DNA of 61,625 bases, filler included, from Basidiobolus meristosporus CBS 931.73 (GCA_002104905.1; 3 parts of 3 records of this genome joined end to end with filler, not necessarily neighbours in it); one strand, 5' to 3'; positions 1-11,999 are shown, counted from the first letter of the whole stretch. The notes: a model not told the origin generated them from the sequence alone. Numbers and translations are program-made.

Positions 1-617
1 GGAGCATGCTTGGAGTACTAGGTTCAGAAGCTCCAATAGACTTCCAATATCCCAGAGGATTCAGCAATAGGTTCCATACAAGTAGTATCCTATATATCTT
101 CCCAGTCAGAATTAACAGACCTTCTAGAGGGCAGAAGCACTTTTATTCTAGCAAGTACAAGGCACACTGTGTGAAGTTTCAAGGACTGTTTGACATTAAG
201 GGTAAAATCATTAGGTTTAATGGGCCACTTGCTGGAAGTAGGCATGACAAAGCACTCTGGGTACAGAATCATCCAAAATTCAGTAGAGGGGAGAAATGTA
301 TGGCAGACTTAGCTTATATTGGAGAGGATTACCAGACATTAGGATATATTACAGCTTATAGGAAGCCAAGGAGTGGTGTGCCTAGCAGGAAACAGAAGCT
401 CTACAATGAGATATTTAATCATTTCAGAGTCAGGGTAGAGCATATATTTGGATATCTGAAAAGATTTAGCATATTAGCCGGTAAATACAGAGGAAAGTCA
501 TAAATAGAAGAAAACAGCAGAATAGGTAAAATAGTTAAGATACTTATTAATGCACAGTATATTCAAACCAGAAGACATCCACTGAGAAAAATGTGTCTGG
601 AGCATCATGAAGTTTAA
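1..617 (+). pseudogene. Harbinger-type DDE transposase, C-terminal part
   Basis: ORF 6-503 carries GSRHD, MADLAY and RVRVEHIFGYLKRF motifs; premature TAA at 501-503 where the other copies read TAT/TTT; homology continues to the stop at 615-617. Confidence 0.9.
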
Positions 618-763
618 ATAAAACAAGGAAAGCACTAATCTGAGCAACACAAGTAAGATTGAGTAAAATTACCAGTAACTGTATCCTGCCACTAACATTA
701 AGGTAGAAATTATAGTGCCAGATAGTGCCAGATCAATCCAGCACTATTCAACAGAACAGGTCT
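1..763 (+). mobile_element. PHIS/Harbinger-type DNA transposon, copy 1 (right part; starts before the window)
   Basis: Colinear with 5920-6729 and 26530-27335; ends in the TIR variant CAACAGAACAGGTCT at 763, followed by ATT; GTGCCA/GCACTA subterminal motifs. Confidence 0.9.
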
Positions 764-766
764 ATT

Positions 767-2008
767 CTACCCAGTCATTAATCTTCAATCTTAATAGCTG
801 AATAGTATGGTTTATTATGTGAGAGCTCCCATCAGCTGTTGAAACTATTGTTCATATGATGGGTTCCAAGTTAATTTCAGCTTTTAACGCAACTGATTCT
901 CACACATACTCATGTGATACTCCAAAGTCAATCATGATCTTAGCAGGTGCTCTGTTGACTGCCCCATTCAAATATAATAGCTTGCCTGAGTTTGGGGTCA
1001 TTTGGGGCAGGTATTCTTCCATCATACAGAAAGTAAAATCTGAGTCTTGTTCAAGCTCAACTTCCATGTTAATATGTTCAAGGGCTTTGATGTGATTGAA
1101 GGTTCTTGCTGACTGGTGTCCATTTCTTCTCTGATGGCAGTGTTTTGCAATATGTCCTTGCTGGAGGTAAGTAAAGCATGTCCTTTCTTCTTGTATTCTT
1201 CTGGGGTGTGATTCTTCTGCATAGCACTGATTTCCATTGGTACTGCTTCTGATTGCCATCTTTCATAGTAATTATAGCCCCACTGATTAGTTGTTGTGGG
1301 CTTCCCAACTCCAACATAGCTGAGTCATAATCAATAGCAATCTTGATGACTTCTTCAGTTGTCTGAGGTCTTCAATAGTTCACCTCCTTGCAAGTTCTTT
1401 GTTTCACCCCATCAACAAAGCTTTCAGCTTGATTCAGATGGTTCATTCTGTCAATCTATCCCACTACACATCTCTAATCAGAGATGTATTCTTGAACCAT
1501 TCCTTTCTGTCTGAGTGTCTTCAGCTTCTTTCTTAGTAATGTCCACAGGTGGGGAGGTTCAGAGGCAATTTGAATTACCAACGCAAACCCATCCCAGGTG
1601 GAGATTGCAGAGCATCCCATGATAGAAGCTGACCTGATCTTGTTGTGAGACCACTGTAAAGCTGCATCTGCAGGTCAGAGACTACATAGTGTAGCCTGCT
1701 CTCTGAGGCAATTCCTTTAGCAGTAGAGGCTTCTGCAATCTGAAATAGCCAATTTCCCAGGTATTCATTGACTCCACCATGGTACCAGTTGTTCTTCACA
1801 CTAAAGATACTCTTTACAGGGCTTTGCTGGTTCTAGGCCATGGTAGTCATTCCTTGTTGCCACTGGCTGAGAATATGGAGTAACTGTTGCTGTTGGGCCA
1901 GGATTTGCCACATAGCATTCTTCCATTCATGATTTTGTGACATTATGAGGGTGACTTCTTCTTTCTGCAGGAGGGAGGTTTCTGGTTGTTACTGCCACCA
2001 ATTTTACA
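767..2008 (-). pseudogene. gag: Ty3/gypsy G1 gag-protease, degenerate
   Basis: ORF 900-1259 has a decayed CCHC knuckle (CFTYLQQGHIAKHC) and protease motif (KIMIDFG); colinear with 10583-11999. Confidence 0.8.
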
Positions 2009-2255
2009 TGTCATGATATAAGAATTGTAGAGGAAAAGGGAGTTTAGCTAGTCTTGTATTCACCAAAACCTGAACTCCTTTTTATTGAGGTTTCAGCAGC
2101 TCCTCTCATATATTAAGGCAGTTTATTTGCTGACTCACTGTACCTCTGAATTTAGGTTGTGGCTGATGACTCATATGATTGTATCATCATCACCCAGTTG
2201 GAGCCTGCTAAATATATTTATTTCTGTCTGATCAGGATCTGCCAATTTTTCTGCT
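2009..2255 (-). repeat. G1 5' LTR, truncated
   Basis: Matches 12000-12240 and 59390-59630; a PBS-like TTGGTGGCAG follows on the minus strand. Right boundary approximate. Confidence 0.75.
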
Positions 2256-2361
2256 GAATCAACAATTGGACTTTCTCTGGCACTGAGGGAAAAACACCAA
2301 GTTACTATGCATGAAAATGCAAAATAATGTTTCACACCCTGCGGCCTTATACAAGTCTAAT

Positions 2362-3424
2362 AGGTGCACCAGCATAAAGAAATACATACCCGGTGGTAAA
2401 ATGTCTGTCAATCAGATCCCTACCCCAATCTGAATCACTTTAACCAACAAAATTTTGCCTAGAAGCTGCTCCAGAGTAGTCCATTACCATATTTTTGGTA
2501 CCTGGTAGATATCCCAAAATGCACTTAACTGCTGCAACTTGATCAGATCCATAATTTTGCAAAAATTGACCTACTACTCCAACAGCCACTTCAATATTTG
2601 GATTTGAAGACATCTGCAAGTCCTTTATACCGCAAATATTTTGCAATACCCTAGAGTCCATGCCACATGTTACTTTGGTTACTTGCACTCTCTTGTACAG
2701 TTACCAATAGCTGCTTATTGGTAGTTATATGATTTTCCTGCTCTGGTTTTGCTTTTTGTCTGCTTGTTTCTACTAGCATTCTCTTGCCCAGTGTCCTAGC
2801 TGCTTCCAGTAGCTACAGCAACCAGGTCTTCTTTAGTTTTCCTTTGATATAGTCTAGAGCTAGATTGTCTTCATTGCTTTCAAAACACAGCAGGAGTTGC
2901 TCATACTTGTATGGTAAGCAGCAAAGTACACAGAGATTCTTTTCTTCATCTTCTACACCAGGATTAGTGCTGAAAAGATCTTCTACAAGCATATCTACTC
3001 TGGTAATGAGTTATTGCATGACAGCACCTGCCTTCTTCTCCATGTTGAAGAACTTTTTGCCTTTAATGAAGCGTTTTTGATACAGACTTTGCTCTTAAGA
3101 TCTTCTCCAAAGATTTTTTGGCAGTATTTGAAGCATGAGTGTGTCCATGGAAGGAATCTTGCACGCTGATGCATATGGTATCAAAGGCTTTTCACTCCCC
3201 CTCTTGAAACTTCTCCACTTCTTTTGCTATTCCTTTAGGCTCAACTTCTTTTTCTGTTACTATGCTCCAAAGCTTGGTTTCCTCAATATGGATTTGCTTC
3301 TTGACTATCCAAAGTCTGCAGTTCTTTCCATCATACCACTTCATTCAGGGAAAATGTTTGTATTATTCTACTTGCTGGTACATGTCATCCCTAGAATAGT
3401 GTTTGGCAATTAATGCTCATTATC
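2362..3424 (-). pseudogene. Ty1/copia C1 internal region with large internal deletion
   Basis: gag homology 3424-2700; ORF 2440-2688 fuses the protease start (MDSRVLQNICGIKD) directly to the RT C-terminus (PNIEVAVGVVGQF). Confidence 0.75.
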
Positions 3425-3790
3425 TGTTGCAATTTAAGAAGTGATTTGGATTTAAGAAACTTATTGAGTAAAAGGGATAGTTGCTGAGCAGTTATTTATT
3501 TGTAAGGAAGCTCAGGATTCATACCTTTGCAGCAGTAGCAGAGCTGTAACAGGAAGTTGGGGGAGCTCCTCAACACTCAGGAGCATTCTGTAATAGTTTC
3601 AGGGCTAGTATATAATGCTTAGTAAAAGTGCTAAATTGATCTTGACTATAGGGGAATAATCAGAGTATCACTTATCTGAAGAAAGTTGCAAAGCTTGAGC
3701 TGTAGGTTTGCTCTACAGTGACCAATAATAGTCCAGAATTGTTAAGTATGTTTTTAGCTGCTGAATGATACCAAATAATCCAACATTTTA
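3425..3790 (-). repeat. Copia C1 5' LTR
   Basis: TGTTGCAATTTAAGAAG terminus at 3425; aligns with 34926-35294; the first few LTR bases are lost near 3790. Confidence 0.8.
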
Positions 3791-4037
3791 GAAGTATCTC
3801 TTTCCTTGGTGGTGGTTGCATCATTATGTAGCTGGCAAACAATCTTAATGGCTTTCTGATTTGATTTTCCTCAAATACTGTGCCTCTGCTCTTGATCAGC
3901 TTCTGAATTGTGCCATTGTACACTCTATACCCTTTGGAATGTTTACATCTGCCAAAAAAAATCATTTTCCGCTCTCTGGCTCCAAGTTTGAGCACTTTTT
4001 GTCAGCTGTATGTTAAAAAACTCCACTGCCAAAGATC
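3791..4037 (-). pseudogene. pol: Copia C1 integrase C-terminal fragment
   Basis: ORF 3672-3995 (KLGARERKMIFFGRCKHSKGYRVY) matches 8235-8480. Confidence 0.75.
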
Positions 4038-4069
4038 ATTACAAATGTGAGCAATTCAAAGCGATTGCA

Positions 4070-5302
4070 TCATCTTCTCCTGGGTTTTTTTCTCACAGGG
4101 ATTACTACTGAAGCATTTGGTAGTGACTCACTTTGCACACCTATACTACTTCCTGGCTGACTATCATCTTAGCTACTTGTGTATTTGTAGTCAGTATTTT
4201 GCCTCCTAGTTGATGAGTGCAATGCTGCAGCTTGGCTGTGCTGAATTGCTCCAACTGAACCAACTGAACTGGCCTGTAGTGCCATGCGCTGACGCGTTCT
4301 TTTACTTGCCAAGGGCTCCGGTGGTTGAGGCACTTCATGTTGGTCATCATTAGTCAGTTCACCAGAAGTAACTCGCTGATTGTCAGGCAAGACAGCACGC
4401 GCAGGCGCGCCTTGACACATTGAGATGGCCCTTGGCTGAGTTTGATGTGATGCCGCATGTTGACGCGACTCGGTCCGCTCCAATGGACTTGTGTCTAAAT
4501 GAGCAGTTTGGCAAGTTCTTGTAGTTTTGCTCTGAAGGGCGCGCATTGACTCGACGCGGGGCGTTCTGGTAAAGGGTGTTGGCATACTCTGGACTGACAT
4601 GCGCCGGCGCGCTGTGGTTGCAAGAGATGGTAGGGAATCCAGCAAGGCGTGCTGGCGCGATCTGGACAATGTTGCTTGCGGTCTGTATTCTTCCTCCTGA
4701 AGCTCACCATCTGATTCCTCAAGATATTCACTTACCCTCTGTCTGATACTTTGGAGCTGTTGCCTGGATGAGTCCTGTGTATATTGCTCTCAGAAGCCAC
4801 TTAGCTCTACTAATATATCACATAGTACATTAGTCATTTGAGGCAAAAACTCATTCAAAATCTCTTTGGTTCCCAAAGTTGAGGCACAAACGGACGCGTC
4901 CAGCCCGTACTGTGCAAATTGCGCGCAAAATCATTCCCGCGCGGCTTCTTTGTCAAATCCCCTCACTCTCAGCTCATTCTTGATTTCAATACTTGTCTTG
5001 TTATATATCTTTTTACATACATCGGCTGGCATCTTGATGTAGAACTCATGCCACAGCTTTCTACTCAAATTCTTCCATCTTTGTCAACTCTCTGAGGTAT
5101 CTAGTTCTGCTAGATTAATCAGTAGTGCCCAAATATCTGTATGAAGGCTCATCATAGACACTTGGGCCATACTAAAATCATTTGGCAAGAACTCAAACGG
5201 ATCCGACATCAACTTTTCCGGTCCGGACCACGCTTGTGAGCTGGGGGATGGGTTTTGTCTGGGTTGTACTAAAGATGAGTTGAGGCTTGGTATGGGGACC
5301 AT
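4070..5302 (-). pseudogene. Harbinger ORF2, putative Myb/SANT-like DNA-binding protein (about 410 codons), with in-frame stops
   Basis: ORFs 5084-5302 and 4169-4669 are in the same frame and join across point stops; N-terminal IWALL...RWKNLSRKLWHEFYIKMPADVCKKIY is trihelix/Myb-like; C-terminus is low complexity and ends RKKPRRR (NLS-like). Confidence 0.7.
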
Positions 5303-5661
5303 AGCAACGGATTTGGATACTAATACAGCAGTATATTGGCATCAACCTGGTCTTATATGAAATATATATGAAAACTAAAGTGATTGTTGAATTTTCCATA
5401 TGTTATGCATGATGCATCTTGGATTGCGTTGACACGGATCAGATCACATCAATCGCAGATTTCCTATTTGATTATAGACCTATGATTAAACCATCAATAA
5501 AAGTACCAATGCATTGTTTGCGGATGATTTTTGTGACATAATGATGGGATACATGGCAATTGATGGAGATTTAACCATAATGTGTTAAAAATCAGATAAA
5601 TAATGCAGATTGCGCCAAATCAATTCAAACCGCCTCCATACAATCATCCATCAATTTTAAT

Positions 5662-6546
5662 ATGACTTACTCATCTGAATGGTCTTTTCTCATCAATCCC
5701 ATCACTACCACTGGATTTCCTTTTGACACACTGGAGGAGATCTATACCATGTACTGTGGACCATCAACCCCAATCTACTCAAGGAGATCCCTTATTAAGC
5801 TTCTCTGCTATTACAAGAACTATTGCCCCACAAGGTTTCATCCCACCATCCATAGAAACAAAAGTCTTAGAAGCTTTCATTCCCAGCTGACAGCAATGGA
5901 GAACCACCTTGCAGAGGGTATGAATGACATAGAGCAAGCTTGGAATACTAGGTTCAGAAGCTCCAATAGACTTCCATATCCCAGAGTATTCAGCAACAGG
6001 TTCCATATAAGGAGTATTTTGGATACCTTCCCAGTGAGGATTAACAGACCTTCTAGAGGGCAGAAGCACTTTTATTTGGGCAAGTACAAGGCACACTGTG
6101 TGAAGTTTCAAGGACTGTTTGACATTAAGGGTAAAATCATTAGGTTTAATGGGCCACTTGCTGGAAGTAGGCATGACAAAGCACTCTGGGTAGAGAATCA
6201 TCCTGAATTCAGTAGAGGGGAGAAATGTATGGCAGACTTAGCCTATATAGGAGAGGATTGTCAGAGATTAGGATGTATTAAAGCTTATAGGAAGCCAAGG
6301 AATGGTGTGCTTAGCAGGAAGCAGAAGCTCTACAATGAGATATTTAATCACTTCAGAGTAAGGGTAGAGCACACATTTGGATATCTGAAGAGATTCAGCA
6401 TATTGGCAGGTAAATACAGAGGAAAGTCATATATAGGAGAAAACAGCAGAATAGGTAAAATAGTTAAGATACTTATTAATGCACAATATGTTCATACAAG
6501 AAGACATCCACTGAGAGAAATGTGTCTGGAGCATTATGAAGAGTAA
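5662..6546 (+). CDS. PIF/Harbinger-type DDE transposase (DDE_Tnp_4-like), 294 aa, open
   Basis: ILDTFPVRINRP, YKAHCVKFQ, GSRHD, MADLAYIG and RVRVEHTFGYLKRFSIL motifs give the D-D-E triad. Confidence 0.92.
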   Translation: MTYSSEWSFLINPITTTGFPFDTLEEIYTMYCGPSTPIYSRRSLIKLLCYYKNYCPTRFHPTIHRNKSLRSFHSQLTAMENHLAEGMNDIEQAWNTRFRSSNRLPYPRVFSNRFHIRSILDTFPVRINRPSRGQKHFYLGKYKAHCVKFQGLFDIKGKIIRFNGPLAGSRHDKALWVENHPEFSRGEKCMADLAYIGEDCQRLGCIKAYRKPRNGVLSRKQKLYNEIFNHFRVRVEHTFGYLKRFSILAGKYRGKSYIGENSRIGKIVKILINAQYVHTRRHPLREMCLEHYEE

Positions 6547-6732
6547 ATAAAGCAAGGAAAGCACTATTCTGAGCAACATAAGTAAGATTTAGTAAAATTA
6601 CCAGTAACTATATTATACCACTAGCATCATGGTAGAAATTATAGTGCCAGATAGTGCCGTAGAGTGTCAGATTGATCTGGCACTATAAACAGGCTGGCAC
6701 TATGTGGCACTATCCAACGGAACAAGTCAATT

Positions 6733-6931
6733 AAGTAGGATCTTATTGGGTGATGATGATGCAATCAAATGAGTCATCAGCCACAACCTACATTAGGAAA
6801 TACAATTAGTCAGCAATTGATCTGGCAAAATGTATATAAGCAGCTGCTGGAACCTCAATAAAAATCGGTTCAAGTTTTAGTGAATACAATACTAGCTAAA
6901 CTCCCTATTCCTCTACAACTCTTATACCAAG
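6733..6931 (+). repeat. G1 LTR, 3' half (host of Harbinger copy 2)
   Basis: Reverse complement of 12000-12200; ends TGTAACA at 6931; abuts copia gag. Confidence 0.85.
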
Positions 6932-9900
6932 ACTTGTAACATACAGAAAAGAAGGAAAGCAACAAACCGCAGAAAACCTGGCTGCTGTAACTACTGTAAG
7001 AAGCCAGGACACTGGGCAAGAGAATGCAAGAAGAAACAAGCAGACAAAAAACAGAAACTAGAGCAGGCAAACCATATAACTACTGATGAACAGTTATTTG
7101 TAACTGTACAAGAGAGTGCAAGTATCCAAAGTAATGAATGGTATATTGACTCTGGAGCATCACAGCATATTTGTGGTATAAAGGATTGGTTCAGCAACTT
7201 ACAGACTATTCCTGTAAGAAAGGTTTATCTGGGAGATAACTCTGCATTGGAAGCTATTGCCAGTGGGTCTGTACAACTAAATATGAGTGATAACTCAGGG
7301 GCAACAACAGCAAAACTGACTGACGTACTCTATGTACCTGGAATAGCTAAGAACCTACTCTCAGTCAGTAAAACAACTACTCAGGGACTGAAATTTGTTT
7401 TTACTAAGCTGAGCTGCTCAATATTGAGTGAAAATGGACAAAAATTAGCTTTGGGAATCAGAGAACACAATATATACAAGTTACAATGCAAGATCATTGT
7501 ACCTGAGTATGTCAACATTGCTGAAACTGATGAAACCAGCTGGGAGACGTGGCATAGGAGGCTAGGACACATAGGGGAACAGAAAATGAGCCTATTGGTG
7601 AAAAATCAGCTTGTTTTGGGCCTAAAATACTCAATTACAATCAAATTGAATGTTTGTAAGGGATGTTCATACGGCAAACAAGCTAGGCAACGTTTCAAGA
7701 GCTTAGAAGGCATCAATACCACCGAAATATTGGCTATTGTACACTCAGACATATGTGGCCCCATGAGAACACTGTCCTTTGGAGCCAAGAGATACTTTAT
7801 GACGTTTATTGATGACAAGACAAGATATACATGGGGGTACTTCCTCAAAACAAAGGATGAAGCTTTAGAGACGTTTAAGCACTTCAAGAACATGGCAGAA
7901 ACACAAACTGGGTGTAAATTGAAGGTACTACAAAGTGACAATGGAGGAGAATACTGCTCAAAGGAGTTTGCAAAATACTGCTTGTCTACTGGTATACTTC
8001 ATCAGACCACAGTTCTTCATACTCCACAGCAAAATGGAGTAGCAGAATGTGCAAATAGAACAATAGTAGAGATGGGAAGATCAATGCTACATGATAAAGG
8101 AATGGACTACAAGCTTTGGGCTGAATCTGTTGCTACCGCTGTATACATCAAGAACTGATGCCCAACAACAGCACTACGTGATTCTACACCCTTTGAAGCA
8201 TATACAGGCAAAGAACCAGATCTCCAGCACCTCAGGATCTTTGGCAGTGATGTTTTTTATCACATCCCTGACAAAAAACGCTCAAAGTTGGAACCAAAGA
8301 GTAGAAAAGGGATCTTTCTTGGGTATTGTGAAGATACCATAGGGTATAGAGTGTATGATGGCAAAATTCAGAAGCTGATCAAGAGCAGGGATGTTGTATA
8401 TGAGGAGAATTCAGATCAGAAAGCCACAGAAATCATTGGCCAGCTGCCTGATGATGCAATCAACACAAATAAAGAAGATACGTACCACATTCAGCCAGAG
8501 ATGGAAGATACTTCTACCAGTTCCAGATCAGAACAGATTATCCCAGTTAGGAGATCTACCAGAATAAGAAATGCCCCTGGATCCTGGTGGCAGACAACCA
8601 ATGATCATGAAGAAGCTTATCTTGCCTTATGTGCCAAACCTCAGAATCTGGAACAGGCAATGCAAGGTCCAGATGCTACTAAGTGGCAACAAGCCATGCA
8701 GGAGGAGTACCAATCACTGATCAAGGCAAAAATGTGGGAACTGGTAGATTTACCAAATGGGAGAAAGCCAATATGATGTAGATGGGTCTACAAGATCAAG
8801 ATAACCTCAAATGGTGCCGTTGATAAGTACAAGGCTAGATTGGTAGCTAAAGGCTATTCCCAGATCCAGGGACTAGACTTTAAGGAAACATTTGCTCTGG
8901 TTGCTAGGTTTAACTCTATTAGGACAGTTCTAGCCCTGGCAGCTGTACACAGTCTAGATCTACACCAAATGGATGTCAAAACAGCCTTTCTAAATGGGGA
9001 TTTGCAAGAAACTATATATATGGAGCAACCAGAAGGTTTTATTGATCCAAAAGGCCCCCATGAGGTGTGCAAACTTAGAAAATTGTTGTATGGGCTTAAG
9101 CAGGCACCCAGAGCATGGTATAACAAGATTGACACATATCTAGAGGAAATTGGGTTCTCTCATAGCACTGCAGATCACAGTATATATGTGAAACAGCTCA
9201 AAAAGGGTGTGATCATCCTAGTTCTTTATGTGGACGACCTAATTATAGCTACAAGTAATCAAGAGGCACTTAAACAGACAAAATCAGATCTCTTCAGCAA
9301 GTTTGAGATGAAAGATCTTGGAAAATTGAGCTATTTTCTTGGAATTGAGGTCAAATTTGACATACCTACGCAGAAAATGGTGCTGAATCAGTCTAAGTAC
9401 ATCAGGGACATTCTTAGATGCTTCAAAATGGAAAATTGCAAACCTGCAGCAACCCCTATGGACAATAACCTGAAATTAAGCAAATCTCAGCCAGTTATAG
9501 ATGAAAATAGCTCAAATATGGACCAAAACTTTCCCTATCAATCGATGGTTGGTAGCCTAATGTACCTGATGGTGTGTACAAGTCCAGAAATTGCAGTAGC
9601 AGTTGGAATAGTCAGTCAATTCATGCAGAATTAATGATCAGAACAAATTGCAGCAGTTAAGCGGATTTTGAGATATCTACAAGGTACTATAAATATGGTA
9701 CTGGAATACTCTGGAGCAGCTAATAGGCAAAAATGTGATGGTTATAGTGATTCAGATTTGGGTAGGGATCTGATTGACAGACGCTCTACCGCAGGCTATG
9801 TATTTCTTTATGCTGGTGCAGCTATTACTTGGAATTGCAAGAAACAACCAACTGTGGCACTATCTACAACTGAAGCCAAATATATGGCTGCATGTCAAGC

Positions 9901-10279
9901 AACTAAGGAGGCTATATGGCTACAAAAATTAATCAAAGACTTAGGTTTTAACTCAGGTGAACCAACATGTATTTACAAGGATAATCAAAGTTGTATTTCA
10001 TTAGCTAGAAATCCTATTAATCATGCCAGAACTAAGCACATTGATATACAGCATCACTTTGTGAGGGAAGCTGTAGAAAATAGCTTAGTGGAGCTGGTTA
10101 ACTGCCCAACTGACAGAAAGGTAGCAGACATATTGACAAAACCTCTAGCTAGGCCACAGTTTGAGATCCTTAGAGAGAAATTGGGATTAAGAAATTATTT
10201 AGTTGAGGGGGAGTGTTCAAATATTAGACTATTTGGTATCATTCAGAAGCTAAAAATTTACTTAACAATTCTAGGCTAG
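6932..10279 (+). pseudogene. pol: Copia gag-pol, single frame with a few stops
   Basis: WYIDSGASQHIC (PR); HSDICGP, FIDD, SDNGGEY, QQNGVAE (IN); HQMDVKTAFLNG, LYVDDL (RT); VALSTTEA, TKHIDI (RH); stops near 8156, 8774 and 9632. Confidence 0.93.
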
Positions 10280-10582
10280 TCTTAGTCACTGTAGGACTCA
10301 TTTACTGCCTTAACTTTGCCACTTTCTCCAGATATATGATCTTATGATTATTCCCTTATTGTCAGGATCAAATTAGCACTATTACCAAACATTATGTACT
10401 AACCCTGAAACTGTTACAGAATGCTCCTGAATATTGAGAAACCCTCCCTACTTAGTGTTGAAGCTGTATTACTTCTACAAAGGTATAAATACTGAGCTTC
10501 TTTATGAATAAACAACAGTTCAACTATTATCACTATTTCTTGATAAGTTCCTTATATCCAAATCACTTCTTAAATTGCAATA
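10214..10582 (+). repeat. Copia C1 3' LTR (369 bp)
   Basis: Starts TGTT after the PPT; about 9 differences from 34926-35294 (hand count); TATAAAT and AATAAA inside. Confidence 0.93.
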
Positions 10583-11999
10583 GTTTGTCCACCAGTTGGT
10601 AAGTTGTAAATGGACATACTCTGATAATCTTGAAAGGTCCTGTTTAGAAGGTTCATAGTATGGGTTCCCCAGTTGATTGATACATTGCAACAAAATAGCC
10701 AGGTTTTTCCAGGAACAAGGTGAAACTTGCAGTTCCCAAATACATAGACCTGTAGGACCTCTTCATAGTCATTCACCTTCATCCTTGCTGGCTGAGTAAT
10801 ACAGTTGATGACATGAAAGTTTCCATCAGCTGTTCTGACCAATGTTGATTTGGTTGGTTCCAAGTGAAATTCAAGCTTTCAAAGCAAACTTCTCTGACAT
10901 GTACTCATGCAACGCTCCTGAGTCAAACATAATCTTGGCAGGTACTTCATTGGTTACTCCATTCAAGTGTAATAGCTTTCCTGAGTTTGAGGTCATCTTG
11001 TATAGGTAGTCTTCTGTCATATGGAAGGTCAGTTCTGAATCTTCTTCAAGTTCATCCTCCATGTTACTATGCTCAAGGGCTTCAATATGGTTTAAAGTTC
11101 CTGATGGCTGGTGTCCATTTCTTTTCTGAGGGCAGTACTTTGCAATATTTTTTTGCTGGTGGCAATTAAAGCAAAGTCCTTTCTTTTTACATTTGTCTGA
11201 GGTAGGATTCTTCTGCATAGTGTCTATTTCCATTGGCACTGCTTCTAATTGGCTTCTTTCATAGTGATTGTAGCCTCTCCAATTAGTCATTGTGGGCTTT
11301 CCAACTCCAACATAGCTGAGTCATAGTCAATGGCAATCTTGATGGCTTCTTCAGTATTCTGAGGTCTTTGATAATTCACTTCCTTGCAAGTCCTGTCTTT
11401 CAACCCATCAATGAAGTATTCCACTTGATCTGGGGGGTCTATCATTCAATTGTCCAAGTAGACATCTATATTCATAGTTGTACACTTGAGCCATTCCTTT
11501 CTGCCTGAGTGACTTTAACTTTCTTCTTAGTAGTGTCTACTGGTTTGGGGGTTCATAAGCATTCTGCATTTCCAGCACAGATTGATCCCAGGTAAAGATT
11601 GTAGAGCACCCCATCATGGTGGCTGACCTGACCTTGTTGTGGAACCACAGTAAAGCTGCATCTGCCAGGTAAGAGGCTGCATAATGTGACTTGCTTTCTG
11701 GAGCAAGCCCTTAGCCTTGAAAGCTTCTTCAATCTGGAAGAGCCAAGTTCCCCAGTTTTCATTGACTCTACCATGCTACCAGTTGACCTTCACACTAAAG
11801 TTGCTCTTGATAGGGTGTTGCTAGCTCTGGGCCATATTAGTAATTCCTTCTTGCTGTTGCCTAAGGAACAGGAGTAACTGTTGCTGTTAGGTCAGGATTT
11901 GTTGCATGGCATTCTTCCATTCTTGATTTTCTGACATCTTGCAGATGACTTCTTCTTTCTTCAGGGGGGGGGGAGGTTTCTGGTTATTGCTGCTACCAA
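10583..11999 (-). pseudogene. gag: Gypsy G1 gag-protease, degenerate
   Basis: CFNCHQQKNIAKYC knuckle and KIMFDSGALHEY protease motif in ORF 10871-11290. Confidence 0.85.

Larger units (their letters stand above)
4034..6729 (+). mobile_element. PHIS/Harbinger-type transposon, copy 2 (left end deleted)
   Basis: Colinear with copy 3 from GATCATTAC at 4034; right TIR CAACGGAACAAGTCA ends at 6729, followed by ATT. Confidence 0.92.
6932..10582 (+). mobile_element. Ty1/copia C1 element, 5' truncated, best-preserved C1 copy
   Basis: gag knuckle CNYCKKPGHWAREC, then PR-IN-RT-RH order, PPT GAGGGGGAG and 3' LTR. Confidence 0.95.

Noticed and set aside
4700-4740. GTAAGT donor-like site in ORF2 suggesting an intron
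   Set aside because: The frame reads straight through (RQRVSEYLEESDGELQEEEY) into the downstream ORF; no intron is needed.
5193-5399. ORF MENSTITLVFIY... (also 25782-26003) as a separate gene
   Set aside because: Overlaps the ORF2 start in another frame and ends differently in the two copies; at most an alternative first exon, which is unsupported.
6640-6720. TGGCAC/GTGCCA arrays as a CRISPR-like or independent repeat
   Set aside because: Short, irregularly spaced subterminal motifs of the DNA transposon, with no constant repeat-spacer period.
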